Positions 7,306 through 15,265 of a stretch of DNA of 15,466 bases are shown piece after piece. The notes below the pieces were generated by a model. That model saw only the letters and a program-made list of their open reading frames with translations, was not told the DNA's origin and did not search any database. Source of the stretch: Candidatus Hermodarchaeota archaeon (lineage in GTDB: Archaea; Asgardarchaeota; Lokiarchaeia; Sigyniarchaeales; SOKP01); NCBI GenBank assembly GCA_048885535.1, contig JBHLLO010000073.1, forward strand, positions 1 through 15,466, in the 5' to 3' direction. The first letter of the stretch is position 1; every line of letters starts with the position of its first letter. Position numbers and translations under genes: made by a program.

Positions 7306-7986
7306 TTATTTATCTAAAATTGTGGAAATCAAATTTAAGATCCACTTTTTTATTTGCATAAGATTTTTTAGCAATCCTGCCACATGATTGTCGGGGAAAA
7401 ACTTTTCTTGGTCCAAGTTTTGAACTATTGTCATCCATTTATTCAAGGCTAGTTGCACTAAACTTGCACCATCTGCTTCCATAAATAATGGTATAACGGC
7501 AGCACTTTCTCTAGCATCACCAATAGAAAAATAAATCCTTCGATTAATACCTTTTAACATTACCAAATTTGCACATTCATCTAATTTACGTTCTACTAAT
7601 ATCATTTTGAGAATTTGAGTCTGAGTATCCTTATCCTTTTTTATAAATTGTACCTTTCTTTTGTTTAAGAGAGGTTGAATTTCAGTAATAAGTTTATCTC
7701 CAGTAGAACCTTTAGGAAAATATTTTGTTAATTTTATGGAATTTTCTAGTGCTTCGATGTTTGTGAATTTTTTGCTATTTGAATAAAAAATTGCTTGAAA
7801 TCCTTCTTTATCCTCACTGGGAGACAATTTAATAAAAATATTTCTCATTGTTATTGAATTACAACAATGATATGCTAATTCAAACAATTCTTTTGGACTC
7901 AGCGGTTCATATGGTATTTGAATATCTTTAAAGAGCCATTGAGAAGAAATTACATTATTAAACTGAGTTAAAAGGCGATTCTCCAT
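7306..7986 (-). CDS. Hypothetical protein (226 aa)
   Basis: Long ORF with globular-looking composition ending TAA TAA. No motif recognised. Lies 96 nt downstream of SepSecS on the same strand. Confidence 0.75.
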   Translation of the reverse strand: MENRLLTQFNNVISSQWLFKDIQIPYEPLSPKELFELAYHCCNSITMRNIFIKLSPSEDKEGFQAIFYSNSKKFTNIEALENSIKLTKYFPKGSTGDKLITEIQPLLNKRKVQFIKKDKDTQTQILKMILVERKLDECANLVMLKGINRRIYFSIGDARESAAVIPLFMEADGASLVQLALNKWMTIVQNLDQEKFFPDNHVAGLLKNLMQIKKWILNLISTILDK

Positions 7987-8082
7987 AATTAGATAACCTA
8001 ATAGTATTTAATATTATATAGTCCTATTCATTTTTATTTATTTTTATTAAATAGATAGAGGAATTAAATAATTTGACTGATT

Positions 8083-9459
8083 TTACTTTTGAATAATTTG
8101 ATAATAAGCTTTTTCTAGCCTATTAATAGCAAGGATTATGTCTTGTGATGTAGCACCTATTGCAGCATTCATTACAATATAAGGAGTTACATAGTTTGAA
8201 CAGCACGTTCCAAAGATATTTTCTTTGGGATTGTAAACTCTAGGACCAGTTACTCTTAAATTATATAAAGCCCCTCCCAATTTAGAAATTTGGTCTCCTT
8301 TCAGGCTCTCTAAAGACATTGCTACCGCAACAGGATTAAATACATCCAATACACGCTCGTTTAATTTCTCGGCTATATTCTTCATCTTTTGTTGTAATAA
8401 TCTTCTGTTTTCGTTTTGATTTTGTATCAAATTTTGATATCCTTCTAATCCTAAAGAGAGTATAGATATCAAAAAGTTAACTATTGGTGTTGCGGAAGCA
8501 CGTCCTGCATAAGTTTGACTTATTTTTGTAATCGTGTCTTTATTTGGGGATGCTATGATCGCACCACCAACAGGAGTAAGAAAATTTTTGTCTGTAGATT
8601 GGATAATTGCATCAATTCTTCCTGCATCGATTCCTGAGCGAATTAGCTTCATCCACTCAGGGCTCTGAACACCGTATGCATTAATTACAATATGAACTAG
8701 TCCATTTTCCTTAGCAAACCTACTAATTTCTTTAATATCATCATTTTCACGAGGAGGGAAGAAACTTGTAATAGAAATAATCGCGAAACAGTCTTGATCT
8801 AAACTTGCTTCGATGTCTTCAATTGGAATCCTCACTGCATCTCCTATTATTTTTCCTTCAACCGTTTTTCTTTTTACACCTACTAAATCAAGACCTTTCA
8901 AAATTGAATTATGATCAATTTGGGGTAACAAAACTGTTCTTCTATTTTTTAACTTTTCTTTATTCCAATCAGGTCTTAAAGCCCCAAGACATAAAGCTAA
9001 TGACATTCCTGTGCATAAAGGAACGACAATAGCACTTTCGATATTTGGTAAACCAAATTTCTTTAGGAAGTCCCGTGCCAAATAATTTGTTAACTCATAC
9101 ATGATAGACCCTCCTGCTGCCTTGGGTTGAGGAGCTGTTAAGAAACCGCTTCTACCTACTCCATGACAAAAACCTTGTGATGTTTTATTATGTAGTTCAG
9201 AGGAAATTCTAGCCTCTCGTTCACCTACTCGTGCTGCTCCAATATCTTTATCCGTATCCATATTCGAAAGTGTGTGTAAAAAAAATTCAATTTGCTCATC
9301 TGTCCAGGGTTTATTAGGGACACTTTTTTGTTCTAATAAAACTTTTATCGGTTTAAGAAATCTATTTAATACTAACTGTCCTCTATTTAACATATTTTGA
9401 GGAATAAGCGTAGTTTTAAAATAATCAATAATATCATTAAAGTTAATCAACTTTATCAC
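8083..9459 (-). CDS. spcS: O-phosphoseryl-tRNA(Sec) selenium transferase (SepSecS/SecS)
   Basis: Motifs LSNMDTD, VGEREAR, HGVGRSG, QPKAAGGS, TGMSLAL, QIDHNS, NAYGVQS, PLP-lysine motif QSTDKNFLTPVGG and YAGRASATP. GTG start, adjacent to tRNA-Sec. Confidence 0.96.
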   Translation of the reverse strand: MIKLINFNDIIDYFKTTLIPQNMLNRGQLVLNRFLKPIKVLLEQKSVPNKPWTDEQIEFFLHTLSNMDTDKDIGAARVGEREARISSELHNKTSQGFCHGVGRSGFLTAPQPKAAGGSIMYELTNYLARDFLKKFGLPNIESAIVVPLCTGMSLALCLGALRPDWNKEKLKNRRTVLLPQIDHNSILKGLDLVGVKRKTVEGKIIGDAVRIPIEDIEASLDQDCFAIISITSFFPPRENDDIKEISRFAKENGLVHIVINAYGVQSPEWMKLIRSGIDAGRIDAIIQSTDKNFLTPVGGAIIASPNKDTITKISQTYAGRASATPIVNFLISILSLGLEGYQNLIQNQNENRRLLQQKMKNIAEKLNERVLDVFNPVAVAMSLESLKGDQISKLGGALYNLRVTGPRVYNPKENIFGTCCSNYVTPYIVMNAAIGATSQDIILAINRLEKAYYQIIQK

Positions 9460-9475
9460 ACTTATTTTAAAGATT

Positions 9476-9568
9476 TGGCGGCCCTCGAGGGGAATCGAAC
9501 CCCTATCCCTCCGCAGGATAACTGGGTTTGAAGCCCAGTGTCAAAGACCACTCTAACCGTCAAGGGCC
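9476..9568 (-). tRNA. selC: tRNA-Sec (anticodon UCA), archaeal/eukaryotic 9/4 fold
   Basis: Minus strand: GGCCCTTGA (9-bp acceptor with TCGAGGGCC), CG, GTTAGAG-TGGT-CTTTGAC (7-bp D stem, 4-nt loop), ACTGGG-CTTCAAA-CCCAGT (6-bp anticodon stem, UCA), TATCCT-GCGG-AGGGATA (long variable arm), GGGG-TTCGATT-CCCC (4-bp T stem), discriminator G, encoded CCA. Confidence 0.97.
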
Positions 9569-9757
9569 ATAGAAAATTAATATAATTATTAGTTGATTTA
9601 AATTGAATTTTATTATTATATTTTATTCTTTATTTATACCAGAAAATCTATTCTTAGGAAATTAGTTCTAATTACATATAATGATAATCCAATGATTAAA
9701 TTTTTAAGTTTACCTCTTTGTAATTAATATAAAAAATTATATTAGAAGCAAGATTCA

Positions 9758-10783
9758 ATGAGCTTAGTTGGATACATAGCCCGTCGGTTAATAATGATGA
9801 TTCCAATTTTGTTTGGGACATTAACATTAACGTTTCTACTATCTAGACTTATGCCTGGTGATCCAGTTTTAGGATATGTATCAAATATTGAAAGAGGCAT
9901 ATCTCCAGAGGATTATGAACGTGCTCTTAGATTACTTGGGCTTGATAAACCGATATTAGAACAATATGCTATATATTTGAAGGATTTATTTACAGGTAAT
10001 TGGGGTCATTCTGTTGTAATTGTACAAGGTATGCCTGTTTGGGATTTAATAGCTCAAAGAATTCCTCGAACTGTTGATTTAGCAGTTTTTTCGATGCTAA
10101 TAGCGATGCCACTAGGGATAAAGACGGGAGTCATATCCGCAAAACATAGAAATAAATTTCAAGATACTTTCGCAAGAGGTTTCTCTTTAATAGGAGTTTC
10201 AATCCCAACTTTTTTTCTTGGTTTATTATTCCAATATTTTTTTGGTTATGTTTTGAAAATACTTCCCTTAACTGGTTATAAGAATTATACTTATTCTGAT
10301 CCCAATTATGTTACTGGTTTTAGACTAATTGATGCATTTATTTCTGGTGAATTTTATATAATGTCAGATTATTTATATCATTTAATTTTACCAGTATCGG
10401 TTTTAGCTTTCCATATGTTAGGAAACATTACTAGACAAACTCGTTCAAGCATGTTGGAAGTTCTCCAAAAAGATTACATTAGAACCGCAAGGGTAAAGGG
10501 TTGTGAAGAAAAAAATATTTTGTACACTCATGCAAGGAAAAATGCCTTGATACCTACAATATCAATAATAGGATTAAATTTCGGTGGGCTGTTTTCTGGG
10601 GTTGTTCTTACTGAAGTTACATTTAACTTTATTGGTGTGGGAGATTTGTTAACTGCTGCCATTACTGTTAGCGATTATTGGGTGATAAATGGTATTGTGT
10701 TTTTTATTACTATTTCTTATGTAATTATTAATTTAATAACCGATATAATATATGGCATATTAGATCCTAGGATAACCTATTAA
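9758..10783 (+). CDS. dppB: ABC transporter permease, DppB/OppB family
   Basis: Motifs YIARRL, LMPGDP, LGLDKPILEQY, GNWGHS, GVSIPTFFLG, HLILP, EAA-loop region TRSSMLEVLQKDYIRTARVKG, and C-terminal DIIYGILDPRI. Confidence 0.93.
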   Translation: MSLVGYIARRLIMMIPILFGTLTLTFLLSRLMPGDPVLGYVSNIERGISPEDYERALRLLGLDKPILEQYAIYLKDLFTGNWGHSVVIVQGMPVWDLIAQRIPRTVDLAVFSMLIAMPLGIKTGVISAKHRNKFQDTFARGFSLIGVSIPTFFLGLLFQYFFGYVLKILPLTGYKNYTYSDPNYVTGFRLIDAFISGEFYIMSDYLYHLILPVSVLAFHMLGNITRQTRSSMLEVLQKDYIRTARVKGCEEKNILYTHARKNALIPTISIIGLNFGGLFSGVVLTEVTFNFIGVGDLLTAAITVSDYWVINGIVFFITISYVIINLITDIIYGILDPRITY

Positions 10784-10793
10784 AATCCTATTA

Positions 10794-11471
10794 TTATTTA
10801 ATTATCTTATCCTTAATATCATCACATTTTATTCTTCTACTTCCAGGAGTCATTAATCCTAAATTATATACAGTATCTACGAAATTCACGATAATGTGAG
10901 ATGTAGCCCCAAAAATTACATATAATTTGCCATCGGGGGCTTTGTATTTAAATTTCCCGACACCAATCTGATCTCCTTTCAGTAAATACGTTTTCTCTTT
11001 ATAGTTTTCTTTATTTGCGAAAAAAGTAACTGGAATTTTTAAAATTTCTTTTACTTCTCGATCTTGTTTATTCAATTTAACTCCCTCATCTATGAATCCA
11101 ACAAATGGAGTAATAATAAATCCTTTTGGAGTAAGATGATCATCGATACATCCTAAAAGGTTTACATCTTTCGGAGATATTCCCAACTCTTCTTTTGCTT
11201 CTCTTAAAGCTGTATCTAATAAATCGCCATCTGAATGAATATCAAATTTTCCTCCAGGAAAGGACATTTCACCTGAATGTTTATCATTTACTCTCTTTGT
11301 ACGACGAATCATAACTAGATTATAAGGGAGATCTTCAATGTTTTGAATTAAAAACAATACAGCTGAATTGATAAAAGGTACCTGTTGCATTTTGAGCCGT
11401 TTTGGAGAATAAAAATCTTTAAGTTTATTTCTAATTAAAGTCTCATTAAACATGAAATTAATTGAATTCAT
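10794..11471 (-). CDS. CoA pyrophosphatase (NudL/Pcd1/Nudt7-type Nudix hydrolase)
   Basis: Motifs SAVL, RRTKRVNDKHSGEMSFPGG, ALREAKEELG, ITPFVG and IFGAT. Confidence 0.88.
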   Translation of the reverse strand: MNSINFMFNETLIRNKLKDFYSPKRLKMQQVPFINSAVLFLIQNIEDLPYNLVMIRRTKRVNDKHSGEMSFPGGKFDIHSDGDLLDTALREAKEELGISPKDVNLLGCIDDHLTPKGFIITPFVGFIDEGVKLNKQDREVKEILKIPVTFFANKENYKEKTYLLKGDQIGVGKFKYKAPDGKLYVIFGATSHIIVNFVDTVYNLGLMTPGSRRIKCDDIKDKIIK

Positions 11472-11492
11472 TCCTTAATTACCAATGTCAAT

Positions 11493-12206
11493 TTATTCGA
11501 AATTTCCAACGATTTGTTTCCGGTATTTAATATACTCCTTTAATTGTTTAATTTTTTCAAGTTTAAATCTATTTATTCCTAATTCTGACATGTGATAATT
11601 GAATATTTTCTCAATAAATGTAGATATCATATAGGCTGTGGCTCCCCAGATTGTGTAGTTTTTTTTGTTTATAATATCAAAATAATTAAAATAAAAAATA
11701 GGAAACTTCTTATTTTCAATGGTAATTGCCTGTTCTTTAAAATTTTGTTTTTTTATGAAAAAATCTATTGGAACTTTCAAGATACTTTGAACTTCTCTAT
11801 CATCCTTTACTAATATTTGATTTTTGTCAATTGTTGCGATAAAAGGTGTAATTATGTATTTGGTCATTGTCGGAAAATCATCAAGACACCCAATAATTTT
11901 TACTTTATTCTTTGGAACTCCTATTTCTTCTTCTGTTTCTCTTAAAGCAGTATCTCTTAAAGTTTTATCTAAATTTGGTTCAAATTTTCCTCCAGGAAAA
12001 GATATTTCTCCTCGATGTCTAGAGCCCCTTTGAGAACGATGAATAAGAATTAATTCAAAAGGCTTATTGTCATATGGAATTATTGTAAACAACACTGCGG
12101 AGCTTGTAAAAAAAGTATCCTTAAGAGAGACTCTTGATGAGGAATTGCAATCATAGGTTTTCTCTTTTATGAGAGTTTCATTGAAAATTAGATTTAAACT
12201 ATCCAT
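11493..12206 (-). CDS. CoA pyrophosphatase (NudL/Pcd1/Nudt7-type Nudix hydrolase), tandem paralog
   Basis: Motifs SAVL, HRSQRGSRHRGEISFPGG, ALRETEEEIG, ITPFIA and IWGATA. Confidence 0.88.
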   Translation of the reverse strand: MDSLNLIFNETLIKEKTYDCNSSSRVSLKDTFFTSSAVLFTIIPYDNKPFELILIHRSQRGSRHRGEISFPGGKFEPNLDKTLRDTALRETEEEIGVPKNKVKIIGCLDDFPTMTKYIITPFIATIDKNQILVKDDREVQSILKVPIDFFIKKQNFKEQAITIENKKFPIFYFNYFDIINKKNYTIWGATAYMISTFIEKIFNYHMSELGINRFKLEKIKQLKEYIKYRKQIVGNFE

Positions 12207-12290
12207 ATGTTTTAAAAAGATTTTAAGATGTTAATTAATTAAAAAACATAATATTCAATCCTAATAAAATTTTTTTGGAGATGCTTAAAA

Positions 12291-12593
12291 TTGAAACTCC
12301 CAAAAGAACTCAAAGATAAAAGAGATTTAACTAGTGAAATGAATAAAGGAAAAAATTGTTCAATTAAAGGTTGTAATGACGTAGCCATAAGATCTCTTTC
12401 AGAAAATAAATGGAAGTCATATTTGGAAAAAGCAGATCTTAAGTACTTAGAGAATAAACAAAAGAAAATCTTCCTATGTAAAAATCATTATAAAGATGTA
12501 AATAAATTGCGAAGATCTCAAGAGAAGCTGTATCAAAAAAAGGGATTTCTTGAAGATTCTTTTTCTATTGGCAAAATTAAGAGATATGATTAA
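12291..12593 (+). CDS. Small basic zinc-finger protein (C-x4-C...C-x2-H)
   Basis: CSIKGC ... AIRSLS ... IFLCKNHYK, lysine-rich. TTG start with upstream GGAG; the internal ATG (MNKGKNC) is an alternative start. Confidence 0.7.
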   Translation: MKLPKELKDKRDLTSEMNKGKNCSIKGCNDVAIRSLSENKWKSYLEKADLKYLENKQKKIFLCKNHYKDVNKLRRSQEKLYQKKGFLEDSFSIGKIKRYD

Positions 12594-12602
12594 TTATGAA
12601 GA

Positions 12603-12728
12603 TCATGGTATTAAGATCATTTCTTCATATAAGCTGCTAATTAATGAATATTGAACTTCAATAATACCAATCGTAAGAAATGCTAAAGCAATAAGAAATA
12701 TTATAAAACCGATTAATATCTTCCTCAT
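12603..12728 (-). CDS. Small single-pass membrane protein (41 aa; 44 aa ending at 12594 if the UGA is read through)
   Basis: MRKILIGFIIFLIALAFLTIGIIEVQYSLISSLYEEMILIP-TGA-S-S-TAA. Basic N-terminus plus a ~20-aa hydrophobic helix. Fills the gap 40 nt downstream of 12769..13629 on the same strand. Not in the ORF track. Confidence 0.55.
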   Translation of the reverse strand: MRKILIGFIIFLIALAFLTIGIIEVQYSLISSLYEEMILIP

Positions 12729-12768
12729 AATATCGATAATTAATATACTGGAAGTTAAATAAAGTTAA

Positions 12769-13629
12769 TTATTCAATAAGTTTTTCTAGAGTATCAATTT
12801 TCACGTCAATTTTTTTAAGTTTCAAATCAAACTGCTTTTCTTTTTCTTTATAATCCTGTTCATTGATTTCTTTTGCAGAATATCGACCTTTATTGAGGTT
12901 TCTCTCAGCCTTTAACTCAGATTTTTCCATTTTTAACTCTTTTATCCATAATTTCATCCCCGATATTAAATCTTCTCTCTCTTTCTCAAATTCTGCTCTC
13001 TCTTCTTTATATTTCTCTCTTAATTGTTCAAAAGTATCTTTATCAATCTTACGCAATTTGAATTCTTGAGTTAAATTTTTCAGTTGGAAAACTCTTTTAT
13101 TAATATCATCTTTAATCCTTTGAACAATAAATGGTTGTGCCATCTTTTGTTGGACTTCATTTTCTTTTTGCTTAAGTTCGTTAATTAAAGTTTTTATCGC
13201 GTCAGTTTTTATATTAATTGATTTCTTAAACTCCTCCTCTACATCATACCGCGGGTCATTTAGAGACTTTTGAATCTCTTTTAATTTTTCTATTAACAAT
13301 TTTTTGTTCAATTGTATATCATTATATTCAATATAAAGGATCATTTGTTCTTTAACTTCAAATGGCAAAGGTTTTTCTAATTTTAGGTCTTTATGTTTTA
13401 TCTTCTTTTCTTTCTTTATTTCAATTTCCTCGAGAGGTTCCTCTTCAATTTCTACCTCAGTCGGTTCTCCTTTGATTTCTCTTACTTTTTCTTTAATAAT
13501 ATCTTTAGGTTTCTGAGCCTCCTTTGGCTTAGGTTTTTGAACATCACTCAAAACAGGTTTCCCGCATATTATGCAATATTTATCGTTAGGTTTCAAGGGA
13601 TTCCCACAATATACGCAATATTTTGGCAT
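12769..13629 (-). CDS. Zinc-ribbon protein with a CdvA-like coiled-coil domain
   Basis: N-terminal CVYC-x10-CIIC, a Lys/Glu/Pro linker, then a coiled coil with two CdvA/SHOCT-like turns (LKNLTQEFKLRKIDKDTFEQLREKY and KGRYSAKEINEQDYKEK). Confidence 0.6.
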   Translation of the reverse strand: MPKYCVYCGNPLKPNDKYCIICGKPVLSDVQKPKPKEAQKPKDIIKEKVREIKGEPTEVEIEEEPLEEIEIKKEKKIKHKDLKLEKPLPFEVKEQMILYIEYNDIQLNKKLLIEKLKEIQKSLNDPRYDVEEEFKKSINIKTDAIKTLINELKQKENEVQQKMAQPFIVQRIKDDINKRVFQLKNLTQEFKLRKIDKDTFEQLREKYKEERAEFEKEREDLISGMKLWIKELKMEKSELKAERNLNKGRYSAKEINEQDYKEKEKQFDLKLKKIDVKIDTLEKLIE

Positions 13630-13795
13630 TTTTCACATATTATAGTATAATTTTGATATTATAATAAAATTAAAATACATTTAATTAAATTTTATTGTAG
13701 TCCAATATTTAGAAGATCCATTAAGAATCTGTGAATTAATTTCTTCTTTAAAATGAAAAAACTTCTAAAAATAATATACTTTTCTTTTGATTTGA

Positions 13796-15232
13796 ATGGT
13801 TAATATTAGCAATTTAGTTCCAATTCATATTGGATTATTTGGACATATTGATAGTGGGAAAACTGCTGTAGCTGCGGTACTAAGTGAAATTATTTCCACT
13901 GCTGGTATTGATGCTCATCCGCAAAGTAAGGAAAGAGGTATTACCATTGATCTAGGTTTTACGAGTTTTGTACTAGATAATTATATAATAACTTTAGTTG
14001 ATGGTCCTGGTCATGCTGATCTGATTAAAATTAGTGCCTCTTCAGTAGAAATAATCGATTGTGCACTAATTGTGATAGATATAAATAAAGGTCCACAAGT
14101 TCAAACTGGTGAACATCTAATAATGATTGAATCATTGAACATTAGAGATATTATAGTTATATTAAACAAAACAGATGTATTTAAGGGTGAAGTAAATCAA
14201 GAAATCCAAAAAACTAGAGAGTTTTTCAAATCTACTACTTTTGGAGCTCAGATACCTATATTTACTGTATCTGCTAAAGAAAGGACCGGATTTGAAGAGT
14301 TAAAAAAAGGGATCATAGATAAAATTAGGAAATTGAATATTAAAAGGATCACAGGAGGAAGTATAATAATCCCTATAGACCATCATTTTTCAATAAAGGG
14401 AAGAGGAACAATAATAACTGGTACGATTTTGCAAGGGACCTTAAAATTGAATCAAACATTACATATTTTACCCATTGAAATTTCTGGCAAGGTAAAATCA
14501 ATTCAAATATTTCGTCAAACAGTTAATACAGCGAAATCTGGTGATAGAGTTGGTATTAACATTAAAGGTATAGATGCTAGGAAGATTTATCGAGGTTGTT
14601 ATGCAACTGATAATAAAACTGCTTTTGATTATTGTGATTTAATTGAAATTGATGTGAAAAGAAATAGAATTTTTAAAGCAGAGACTAATTTTGGAACACA
14701 ACTTCATGTAACTATTGGAATGTTTACTACAACAGGATATATATACCCTTATTATGAAGTTGAAGGGAAACAGATTCAAATGAGTATAAACAATAAACTA
14801 ACTCATTTCAAGGCTTTTTTATGGTTGAATAACAAAATTTTAGTTAGGAAGCAAAAAACGTTAATACTGCTGACTCGATTAGATTTACCTCCAACAACTT
14901 TAAGAATATTAGGTTCAGCTGAATTGATTAATGTTCACAAAGAAGCACCATTGGTGTATAGATATAAAACTAAGATTGGAAAGATTAAAAACCCGTCACA
15001 TCCTCAAGGAATAATTTGTGATGGTTTAGCCAAAAGTTTAATTGGTGCTAAAAAGATTGTAGGTCGAAAATTGGAACACCCTTTTACTAGGGTAATTAGT
15101 CCATTCGGAACCAAGGGATCTGTAATTGTGGCAATTGAAAATGGTCATCCTCAAGTGAAAGAAGGTGATAATGTCGTTTTGAAGGAACTTAGAAGTTTCA
15201 AACTAAAATCTAAAAAAGATTTAAATGTATAA
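13796..15232 (+). CDS. selB: Selenocysteine-specific translation elongation factor (archaeal SelB / EFSec)
   Basis: G1 GHIDSGKT, ERGITIDLGF, DGPGHADL, NKTD, SAK; IDHHFSIKGRGTIITG; GDRVG; RLDLPPTTLRILG; archaeal-type domain IV with PFGTKG. 478 aa, lacking the bacterial winged-helix SECIS-binding extension. Confidence 0.95.
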   Translation: MVNISNLVPIHIGLFGHIDSGKTAVAAVLSEIISTAGIDAHPQSKERGITIDLGFTSFVLDNYIITLVDGPGHADLIKISASSVEIIDCALIVIDINKGPQVQTGEHLIMIESLNIRDIIVILNKTDVFKGEVNQEIQKTREFFKSTTFGAQIPIFTVSAKERTGFEELKKGIIDKIRKLNIKRITGGSIIIPIDHHFSIKGRGTIITGTILQGTLKLNQTLHILPIEISGKVKSIQIFRQTVNTAKSGDRVGINIKGIDARKIYRGCYATDNKTAFDYCDLIEIDVKRNRIFKAETNFGTQLHVTIGMFTTTGYIYPYYEVEGKQIQMSINNKLTHFKAFLWLNNKILVRKQKTLILLTRLDLPPTTLRILGSAELINVHKEAPLVYRYKTKIGKIKNPSHPQGIICDGLAKSLIGAKKIVGRKLEHPFTRVISPFGTKGSVIVAIENGHPQVKEGDNVVLKELRSFKLKSKKDLNV

Positions 15233-15265
15233 AATTAATTTATATTATTAATTGAGGTAATAATA

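Noticed and set aside
7152-9568. tRNA genes as integration sites for a mobile element
   Set aside because: No integrase, no duplicated tRNA 3' end and no evident compositional shift.
1681-13650. Short plus-strand ORFs in the track (1681, 2734, 3290, 5660, 6688, 8805, 11592, 11824, 12863, 13393)
   Set aside because: All lie antisense to longer, well-supported minus-strand genes, are 61-85 aa and show no motifs; they are shadow ORFs.
13796-15232. Possible EF-1alpha or aIF2-gamma
   Set aside because: GITIDLGF, RLDLPPTTLRI and the extra C-terminal domain with FGTKG indicate SelB/EFSec; the aIF2-gamma zinc knuckle is absent.
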